Assembly: GCA_001724265.1 (NCBI GenBank)
Contig: MEDY01000007.1
Location: 62,001 to 126,000, forward strand
DNA: 64,000 bases
Origin: Rhizaria sp. SCN 62-66
Lineage: Eukaryota
Reading direction: 5' to 3'
Of this stretch, positions 55,101 to 64,000 are shown in pieces. A model generated the notes under the pieces. That model had not been told where the DNA came from and did no database searches. It worked only from the letters and a program-made list of their open reading frames with translations. How positions within the stretch are numbered: position 1 is the first letter of the stretch; every line of letters starts with the position of its first letter. A program made the position numbers and the translations under genes.

Positions 55101-58100
55101 GGCATCGCTGTCGCTGTCGATGTCACTGTCGCTCAGCGGCTTCACACCGCCAGCAGCGCTAGCGCCGTTCTCGCGGGCACTGGCGCGCGCGGCGGCGTGC
55201 GCGGCCGAGGCGGCGACAGCGATGGCGACGCCGTCCTCGGTCGCAGAGGCCGTGGCCTGCGCGGCGGCGTGCGCGGCGGCGGTCTTGGACGGCAGCGCGG
55301 GGTCGCTCCATGCCAGCGCCACGGTCACCACGGCCGGGTCGGGGTCCGTGATGTAGCGCGACGACGGGTTCACGCGCCACGCGCGCGCGCTGTCCTCGGC
55401 GTCGCCGTCGGCGGCCACGCCCGCGGTGGCCCTCGAGAGGTTGGCCGCAGCGGTCGAGTCCGCGCGCGTGTAGGTGAGCTCGTGTGCGGCGCGCAGGGCG
55501 AGCACGTCGTCGCCGTGGATGACAAGGCAAAACACGTGCATCTCGCCCTCTGCGAGTGCGGTGCGCGTCGCGGTCGTCGTCGCGGTGTCGGCCGCACTGT
55601 AGCCACTCTTAATCCAAGTCGCAGTCGCGCTCGCGGTTGCGGGTGTGCGGATAGCGCGGTCGACCGCGTTCCACGAGCGACGGCGGGCAGTGACACTCGA
55701 TGCAGTCGCAGTGGAGCGCTTGGCGTGCAGAGCGTCGACCGAGGCAGCGAGACCGACGCCGCCGCCGTTAAGCACGCTCTTCACACTGCTGATCGCGATA
55801 TTGTTGGTGTCACTTGCGGTGCGGGTGTCGGGGATGGCGGGGCTCTTGCCATCGGAGCTGTCGTCGACCTCGGCCGTGGCGTCGCCGGCGGCCTCGTCGC
55901 GGTCTTGCTCCCACAGCGTGTCGACGACGAGGATGCGCCGCGCGAGCGACGCAGGCGCCGCGGCTGCGGTCCCGTCGGTCGAGTCCGTGGCGGAGGCATT
56001 GAGCGCGAGCGGCAGCACCGTGTCCAGCTGCAGGCGGCCGTAGCCCGCACCGGGGCTAGGCGCCTTGCCGGCCAGCGCGACGGGCTCCATGTGCGTGCCC
56101 GAGGGGGAGCCGGCGCCGGGGAAGTACGCCGGGGTGGCCGGGTGGAGGTTGCGCGTCGAGACGGTGCCCTGGACCGGGACGCCGCCTGCGACGGAGATGG
56201 CGCGCAGCAGCGCTGCGGTCGGGGTCGCGCTCTGGGTCGCGTCGGGGCGGCCCGTGGCGGCCCAGCCCTGAATGGGGAAGAAACAAATAACAAAAACACG
56301 AGACAATGTGAGTGAGATACATTACAATTAAAGCAAAAATAGTACAAAAAGCAAATATAATAAAAGGGGAGATGATACTAATTAAAACTATATGAGCGAT
56401 ATATCATTGTTTCCGTGCGTACCTGGCGGATGTACTGGCGCGCCATCGCGGTGACGCCCGCGACGAGCGGCGCGGCCATCGACGTACCGCTGCTGGAGCG
56501 CACTGGCGAGTAGGACGACATGACGTTCGACGCGCGGCAGTTGAACGAGTTTGTGTTGCCGTCGCTAGTCGCTGACACGATGCCGCTGCCCGGGGCGAGG
56601 ATGTCGGGCTTGACACGGCCGTCGGGGGTCGGGCCGCGGCCGCTGAAGTCGCTCACCGCGTGGCCGTAGCCGTCCTCAGTCACGGTCGAGACCGGGCCCG
56701 TCACCGCAACGCTCACGCTGCTGTCCTCGGCGGTGGCGTTGGCGGCGGCGCGGATCCAGTCGCCCGCGGCCTTGCTGATCATCACGGCAGGCACCATGGT
56801 CGCCGCGACAACCGCTTTCGAGGGCAGCTGCGCCGTCTCGGCGGGCGTCGCGCCCATGATGATCGCGGGGCCAGGCGCGTTGTTGTCGATGACGACTGCT
56901 TCAGCGCCCAGCGAGGACACGTACTCGACCTTAATCACGAACGGACACCCGCCGCGGCGCACCAGCGCGACCTTCCCCTTGACGGTGTCGGCGGACAGCT
57001 TGGGCACCGTGGGATACAGCCGTGGCGGACAGCCCAGCTCGGGCTCCACGATGGCCAGCGGGAACGACAGCTGCGACAGCGGGCGCGGGTTGAACTGCGC
57101 CTCGACGATGAACACGCCAGCCAGCTGCTCGGACGTCTTCGAACTGCCGCTGTCAGTCGTCGTATTCGGCGTGGTCGTAAAGGTCAGCGACGGGCGCTTG
57201 CGGTGGTTGACCGTGGAGCCCACCGCGAGCACGTTCTTGCAGTTGGCGGGCGTCAGGATCGTGTTGAGGCCCTGCACACCGTCGTTGCCTGCGGCGTACA
57301 CGCCCAGCTGGTACGGCGCGCGGCCGTAGTAGGCGTCGACATTGAGCGAAAACTCGCCGTAGTCCTTGTCGCCGCCCCAGGAGAAGGAGCCCACGGGGGT
57401 GTCGAGCCCCCACTGATGCACAAGAATGTCGTCCACGAAGGTGTCACGCACGTTGAGCTCCGGCACGTTGTTGCGCTGCAGGTCGTACATTAGCATCAGC
57501 GAGTCCTGCGCCGAGCCAGAGTGGGGCTCCAGCGCCGCGGTCTCGGCCAGGTCGTAGTGCGCCACGTCGCCGGCGAGCGAGCCCGCGACGTGGGTGCCGT
57601 GGCCGTAGCGGTCGTCGCCCGAGTCGCCGAACTCGGTGATGTACAGCCCGATCTTGCGTCGCGCCGGGTTAAGCACCGCAGTCGACCGGGGCCCGATGTG
57701 GGCCGTACTCCCGTCGCCGTCGCTCGCCTGCGGACTCGCCGGCGAGCGCATCGACGACGCGCGGCTCGACGCCAGCGCGGCCGCAGAGACCTTACCCGTG
57801 CCGTTGACACTGAGCGCGGCCGGCGGCGCCTTGACGTCCCAGAAAAGGCAGTGGTCGTGGTCGATGCCGGTGTCCGCAACGCCTACGCGCTCACCGACGC
57901 CCGTGAGCCCACGCGTCCAGAAGAGCGAGCGCGTGCGCCGCGCATCCTGCAGCAGGTACTTGGCGAACTCGTTCTGCGGCCGGAACGACGGGGCGCGGCC
58001 CACACGCACCACGCTCACACTGTTAGAGCCCGGAGCCGTGGCAGTCGCGCGGGGCTGCGCGGAGGACAGCGACTGCGACTTGGAGTCCGCGGCAGTGTTG

Positions 58101-58746
58101 GCTGCGGAGAGAGCGGCGGCGCAGAGCGCGGCGCAGGCGGGCTCGAGCACGGCGACGCTGACAACGCGGTGTAAGTACCCCGACCCCTTAGCCAGTGGCG
58201 CGGACACGGCGGCGGCGGCGCGGACGGGCTCGCCCGCGGCGGCGGCGGCGGCGGCGGCGGCGGCCTCGGCCACGGCGGCCGCCTCGGCGGCGTCGGTGCC
58301 GGTGCGTGCCACGGCGAAGGCGGCGGGCAAGAACAGGGCCGACGCGCACGGGGAGGCTAAGGGGGTACTTAGAGGCGAGGGACAGGTGGCGGACAGACCG
58401 GCGGTGGCGCGGGACGGCGACGCGAAGCTGGTGATGTACGGGGCCGTGGCAGCAGTCAGCGAAGCAATAGACGCCTCGATACTAGTCTTAACACGGTCAC
58501 TGTTGCTGTTGCTGTTGCTGGAGTAACGATTGAGAGTGGCAGCCGCGGCAGAGAGAGCGGCAGCGCGGGACGCCAAGCCGTTGTGCTTGAGGGTCAGTGC
58601 GGCCGCCGCAGTCACGGCAAGGGTGGGAGTCGTCTCGGCACTGGTGTAGAGCGCGATGCGGGAGATGACCGTAAGCAGACGTGACGCCTCGGCCGCGACG
58701 GACTTAGCAAGCGCAACCGCAACGGCGCTGACGCCAGTCTCCTTGC

Positions 58747-58821
<75 letters not shown>

Positions 58822-61099
58822 CGCCGCTCTGGGCACTGTGCAGCACTGCGGCAGCGGCGGCGGCGGCAGCGCGGGCCGCAGCCCCCGTCTCGGCCACCAC
58901 GGCGCCGTCCCGGCCGCGAGCGTCCGCGGCGGCGTCCGCGGCGGAGCCCGCGGCGGCGGCGACCGAGGCCCAGAGCAGGAGCCCGTGGTGGCGCAGCGGC
59001 AGCGCCAGCTCGGGCAGCACGACGCGGGAGCCGAACGCGAGCACAGCGCCGTGGGGCGCGTGGGCGACGCTTAGGGACGCGAGCAGGGCCGGGGAGGTCA
59101 GCGATAAGCCCCACGGGGTGGCGGGGCTGGCGACGCCGGCTAAGGGGGTACTTACATGGCGGGCGGTGTCGACGGGGGAGGATGACACGGTCGCGTTGGT
59201 GGCGTCAGTCGCAGTGCGAACCGCAATCTCCGTAGCGGGAGCAGTCGCAGTATTAACAGCGCTGTGAGCGGCAGGGAACGCGTGGGGGGACACGTGGGGG
59301 GACATGTGGCCGTCGGTCTCGACCGGGGTGTCGAAGCGGTACAAGCTCTCGTCAGAGTCGGTGTCGATGACGAAGTTGCGGAAACCTTCACGCTCACTCG
59401 CGAGCACGACAGCTGCGTCCTTACTACTCTCAGTCGCAGTCTCGGTCTCGCTGCCACTTGTAGCGTCATAGTTGTCCATAGACCGCGTGGGGCTGAGATG
59501 AAGGCGGGAGAGGTCAGCGCTGGCCTGCGCGACGCGGGGGGGCACGGCCGAGACAGCGGCGCCGACACCGGCTACATTGTGACTGCGCGAGACGCTGTGG
59601 AGGAGCTCGAGCGCAGCGGCGACGGCGGCGGCGGTCGCGGACGACAGGAGGGCGTCGGCCTCGGCGCCCTTGACCACGCTCACAGCCGCCGTCGCAGCCG
59701 CGGTCGCGGCATTTGAACTGCTGACGTCGGCCTCGGCAGCGGCAGCGGCCACGGCGGCAGCGAGGTCTGACGAGAGACTGGTGAGCATCGTCACAGGCAC
59801 CAGCGCCGCGGCCACAGCAGCGGCGGCGACGGAGCGGTGCGCATTGGCGGAGGGGCCGGTGGCGGGGAAGGGCAACGAGGAGTGCAAGGGCAGCGCGGCG
59901 GCGGAGATCGCGGTCAGAAACGACTCGAACGCAGCCATACTCGCAGGATACTCAGCATGCGTGGCATCATCATCACCCTCACGAGGTGTGTTCGGCAGAA
60001 CGGGGCCGGAGAGCAGCACAGTGGCCTCGGACGGGGACGCGCTCACGACAGAGCCTACAGCCACGGCAGTCGCAGTCTGTGTCACACTGGTCAGCGCGGT
60101 GGCCAGAGCGACGAGGTCCCGTTCGGCGGCGGCGCGCTTCAGCCGCAGCAAATACAGCCGCGGGCGCGTGGCGGGGCGCTGGGACGCGCTGCGGAGGCCG
60201 CGCAGCAGCGCCAGCGGTGACGGCGACTGGGACTCGGACTGGGACTGTTCACGGTCGCTCCAGTAGCGCTCGAGCGCGATCACAGAGGGAGGCAACTCTG
60301 ATGTTACTGAGGCGGGGGCGGCGACGTAGCTTGCGTAGAGGTCGGCGACGGCGGCGGCGGCGCGGGCCGTGTCGGCCGCGGCGGCAACCGTGAGCTCGAG
60401 CAGCGAAGCGTGCGCGCCCAGAGGCAGGAACGAGGACGCGGGCAGCGAGTGGGCAGCCGTGGCAGTAGTGTTGGCAGCATGCGCACGGGCACTTGCGGGA
60501 GACGCTGTGGCTGTGGCAGCACTCTGGGGGTTGCCGTTGCTGCCGGGGACTGAGATTAGAGTGGCTGGGGGCAGGAACGAGGTGGCACGTAGACCAACAC
60601 CTCCAACAGCCGTCGCAGACAGCTGCTGGGACCGGTGAAACTGCAACTGCGACAGAGAGTCAGACGAGGTGAAGATCGATGTCAGCCACGACAGCGACGA
60701 CGTGCCAGCAACAGCAGTGGCCACCGAGTCCAATTCGGAGCCCGTGCCGGCCACGGAGTGCGTGGTGAACGTCAGCGACAGCAGCGCATAGTACAGCGAA
60801 CCCGCCAAGACAACCGCGAGGGACACAAGCGCCAGCGAGCGCAGAGCGGCGAACACGCGCTGCCCGTCCCGGCCGTCGTCCGCGGCCTTATGCGCGGCAT
60901 CGGGGGACTGGTGGGGCTTCAGAGGCCGCTGCTGCAGTCCCTGCGGCTGCGGGCTCTGCGGCTGAGCGGCGGAAGCAGCGACAGGAGAGGGCGGCGACTG
61001 CGATCCGGCCTGCGGATCAGCCGGGACGTGCAGGGACGCGGAGGGAGGCATTGGAGGCGGCGCAGAACCGGCGCGAAGGCGCTCAGATGTGCGGGTCAC
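51075..61099 (-). CDS. Very large membrane-anchored subtilisin (S8A, KP-43/Dictyostelium Tag-like) with PA domain, EGF-like domain and C-terminal TM; exons about 61099-56423 and 56267-51075; about 3280 aa
   Basis: Triad VGVADTGID, YGHGTHVAGS, SGTSMAAP; oxyanion AAGNDG; PA insert KGKVALVRRGGCPF; KP-43-like GYGRLQL, LAWSDP, LNNDLDL, YALVVTG. Intron 56422-56268 (GTACGC..CAG) joins RQYIRQ|GWAATG. Start uncertain (first ATG 61051; acceptor near 61212). Ends TAA. Confidence 0.9.
58748..58819. repeat. (GTT)24 perfect microsatellite encoding poly-Asn in the subtilase pro-region
   Basis: Read directly from the sequence. Confidence 0.9.
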
Positions 61100-61938
61100 G
61101 GGCGGAACGGGCCAGTGCGCGCGGCAGAGCGCGGGGAACGCGGGGAGAGCGGCGGTGGAGAGTCGTTGGAAGGAAGGCTGGACGAGTTAAACGGGTATCG
61201 TGTACGCGTCTCTGCGGATCGAAAAAGAAGGCAGAGGCTATGTGAGACAAATATGTGGAAGTTTTGTGAGTGGAGTATCGGGATAGAGCGCGGAAATCCA
61301 TGAAAGTGGACAAGAAAGTGTTGTGGCGAACAAATGTGGAAACTAGACGATCCAAGCAGCAGCGTTTGGAGTGGTCGCGATCAGAAAGAAATGACCTCGA
61401 ATTCAGGCAACCATGATCGTCCTGACGCATAATAAATAAGACAGAGCAAATAGTTTTTCTCATCAATCTCCCCCACAGTCAAATGTAACGCCAGATAGTG
61501 CACCAAAACCACAATGCATATCACTCAAGATGGCTGAACGAGTCGCTTTTGTCTGTCCTTCCAGCCACAAACAAACAGCCAGCCTGCCGGCCGGTTCGCA
61601 AAAATGGCACTGTGGCGGGCAATAGGAAGTGGGGAGCGCAGGACATCGCTATTTGCTCGCTCATTTATCGTCATAGCAGTATGGGCTTGTTTCTATAGCA
61701 TTAAACTGCACTGTAGTTGTCTTTACTCTATTTGTATCTTTCATCAAGCCCGCCTTGCCTGTCTAGTAGAAGGACTTCGACGCGCTTAGGAAGACCACCA
61801 TGTCCGTGGCGGTCCAGCCCCGGGCATTGCTCACTAGAAGCCCTAAACAAAACCTAACGACTCCAAGTCAAACACAGTATGTTAAATCTCACTCTGAATT
61901 ACTCCGCCATGTTGCTCTTGCCCCGTTTCAGACTCGTC

Positions 61939-62481
61939 ATGCGCCCCCTGAGCGAGGAGGAGACGAAGAAGGTCTTCGAGAAGCTGACCAAGTACATCGG
62001 CCGCAACCTGCAGCTGCTGCTGGAGCGCAAGGACGGCAACTACGCCTTCCGTCTCCAGAAGGACCGCGTCTACTACATGTCCGAGGCCGTGCTCAAGATT
62101 GCCGTCGGCGTGCCCCGTGACAATCTGGTCTCTGCTGGCACGTGCTTCGGCAAGTTCACCCACTCCGGCCGCTTCCGCCTCAACATCACCGCGCTCGACT
62201 ACATCGCGCAGTTCGCCAAGTACAAGATGTGGATCAAGCCCTCCGGTGAGATGAACTACCTCTACGGCAACAACGTTCTTAAGGCCCACCTGGGCCGCAT
62301 CACCGAGAACACCCCCACGCACCAGGGCGTGGTCTTCTACACCATGGCCGACATCCCCGTCGGCTTCGGCGTCTCCGCGCAGAGCACGCTCGACTGCCGC
62401 AAGGTCGAGGCCACCGCCATCGTCGGCTTCCACCAGACCGACATCGGCGAGTATCTCCGTATCGAAGAGAACCTCACCTAA
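61939..62481 (+). CDS. NIP7: 60S ribosome biogenesis protein NIP7, 180 aa
   Basis: [48 protein letters not shown] and [10 protein letters not shown] match NIP7 along its full length. Ends TAA. Confidence 0.97.
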   Translation: MRPLSEEETKKVFEKLTKYIGRNLQLLLERKDGNYAFRLQKDRVYYMSEAVLKIAVGVPRDNLVSAGTCFGKFTHSGRFRLNITALDYIAQFAKYKMWIKPSGEMNYLYGNNVLKAHLGRITENTPTHQGVVFYTMADIPVGFGVSAQSTLDCRKVEATAIVGFHQTDIGEYLRIEENLT

Positions 62482-62920
62482 ATTCCGCGCTATCTCGTTG
62501 CAACATCAAAGCACGTCCTTGGCTGCTGTTGTTGCTTATGAAACGTAGTCAATGTTGTCTGTTTTTTTTATAAAAGAAGTAAAACACTTGTTGTGGTGTG
62601 ATTATGATTATATTAATATGATGCGCTGTTAAATAGCCTAGCAAATCCTCCCTTTTTTTGTACGCATACATACATACACACACATTTATAAACACAAAGG
62701 CTGGAGTAATGCGCAAATCGAGATTAAAAAAAGCACGAGACTGTATTGTACTTAATCAAACGATACTGGCCTCCTCAAAATCACACTTCATGTACATGAC
62801 ATAATAAATACGTTGCGGTATATCAAAACAAAACTCACTCACACAGAAACATACATCACTCGTCCTCAGTCAACTCTGACTTCGCAGTCGCAGTCGATCA
62901 GCTAAGTGCACGCCTCGCGC

Positions 62921-63910
62921 TCACGCGGTCTTGGTCATGAAGAACTCGACGGTCTCCTCGACCGTGGCGGCGGGGCGGATGAGCTCGAGCTTGATCTCGG
63001 CCTCCTCGTCCACGGTCCCGTCGGCCTTGAAGGTCTCGGTGAAGCAGTAGAGCGCGGGAGCTTGACGGCAGTTGTAGTACGACCACGCCGAGTGGAAGTA
63101 CGCGCCTGTGTCGTGGAACAGCACCAAGTCGCCCTGCTGCGCAGGCGGCAGCGGGCGCTGCGAGGGCGCAATGACGTCGTCGATGCAGCAGGGGCCTGCG
63201 ACATCGGCCGGCAGCAGGAGCTCCGTGCTGTCATCGGCGGGCGGGAACGGGGAGCCGTCGGCGCGCAGGGCCGTCACGCGCAGCGGCCAGACCTCGGGCT
63301 TGTACACCGTGCGGACTGCGATGTCGGCGCCCGCGTGCTGGAGCAGGACGCGGCGCCCGCCCGCCTGCTTGACGTACTCGACGCGGCTCGCGATGAAGCC
63401 CTGCTTCGCCAAGTACCGACGGCCCTGCTCAGTGATAACGTTGTACTCGCCCGTAAAGAGCGCGGGGCACGACGCGCGCAGCTCGGCGGCCCAGTCGGCG
63501 AACGCGGGCGTGTTTTCCTCGCTGGCGAAGTTGACTGGCAGACCACCGCCGATGTCCACGGTCGCGATCTGCTTCGCCAGGCCGCGGGCGACCGCGGAGG
63601 CGTTGACCTCGGCGGCAAACGACAGCATAATCTCGATGGCCGACGCGAGCTGGCGCAGCGAGTAGGTCTGGGAGCCCGCGTGCACGTGCATGCAGTTGAG
63701 CCAGGGGCGCGCGGCGTAAGCGGCGAGCACTTCGGCGCGCAGCTCGGTCGCGGGGACGCCGAACTTGGACCAAGGCTTAGAGACCGAGTGGGTGACAATG
63801 GCGCCCGCACCGATCTGCGTGTTGAGGCGGATGCCGATGAGGGAGGTGGGCAGCGCGCCGTCGTGGCGGGACTGGTAGTCGGCCACGGCCTTGTCGACGC
63901 GCTCGAGCTC
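62921..63910 (-). CDS. Last exon of a second type-III PLP-dependent decarboxylase (ODC/DapDC-like, uncharacterised subfamily); 5' part lies outside the window
   Basis: Acceptor AG at 63912-63911, then ELERVD, GIRLNTQIGAG, SKFGV, MHVHAGSQ, DIGGGLPVNF, TEQGR, VAGPCC, HDTGAY. Ends TGA. Confidence 0.85.
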   Translation of the reverse strand, partial: ELERVDKAVADYQSRHDGALPTSLIGIRLNTQIGAGAIVTHSVSKPWSKFGVPATELRAEVLAAYAARPWLNCMHVHAGSQTYSLRQLASAIEIMLSFAAEVNASAVARGLAKQIATVDIGGGLPVNFASEENTPAFADWAAELRASCPALFTGEYNVITEQGRRYLAKQGFIASRVEYVKQAGGRRVLLQHAGADIAVRTVYKPEVWPLRVTALRADGSPFPPADDSTELLLPADVAGPCCIDDVIAPSQRPLPPAQQGDLVLFHDTGAYFHSAWSYYNCRQAPALYCFTETFKADGTVDEEAEIKLELIRPAATVEETVEFFMTKTA

Positions 63911-64000
63911 CTAGATATGACGAGATATAACACAGCAAAAAGAAGATGTTAGGACGTAAAAACACAATAAAAAAGTTATTTGTTGATTATAATCAAAGGC

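Noticed and set aside
61748-61826. GCCCG...CGGGC-bounded segment with a hairpin, considered as a tRNA or tRNA-Sec
   Set aside because: No T-loop GTTC, D-loop or anticodon arm is recognisable; at most a structured NIP7 leader.
1-64000. Transposons, viral inserts, rRNA or tRNA genes
   Set aside because: No transposase, RT, integrase or capsid motifs, terminal repeats or RNA-gene signatures were seen by eye; small ncRNAs could have been missed.

Overview
Eukaryotic nuclear DNA, most likely from a non-fungal flagellated protist (taxon not determinable). Exons are GC-rich and inflated with Ala/Ser/Asp runs; they are separated by AT-rich spacers and short (about 110-225 nt) GT-AG introns. I support 14 protein-coding genes: a 5'-partial WHIM/PHD chromatin factor, FAM21/WASHC2, a Zn2Cys6 transcription factor, a mitochondrial Fe-type SOD, a KIF12-like kinesin, a FAS1-mucin-CBM52-like secreted protein, a LysAC-type DAP decarboxylase, a membrane-anchored PTPMT1-like phosphatase, a secreted LamG-like protein, two head-to-head paralogous PSI-containing surface proteins, a very large KP-43/Tag-like subtilase, NIP7, and a 5'-partial second type-III PLP decarboxylase. 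The most notable signals are: (1) one in-frame TAG inside the conserved PSI domain of a surface-protein gene, upstream of an intact TM and tail, while none of the 14 genes ends in TAG; (2) a splice acceptor just upstream of most start codons, often without a consensus donor (possible SL trans-splicing); (3) a GTAYG-type donor consensus; (4) an uncharacterised divergent surface-protein pair. Family assignments are from remembered motifs, not database searches.
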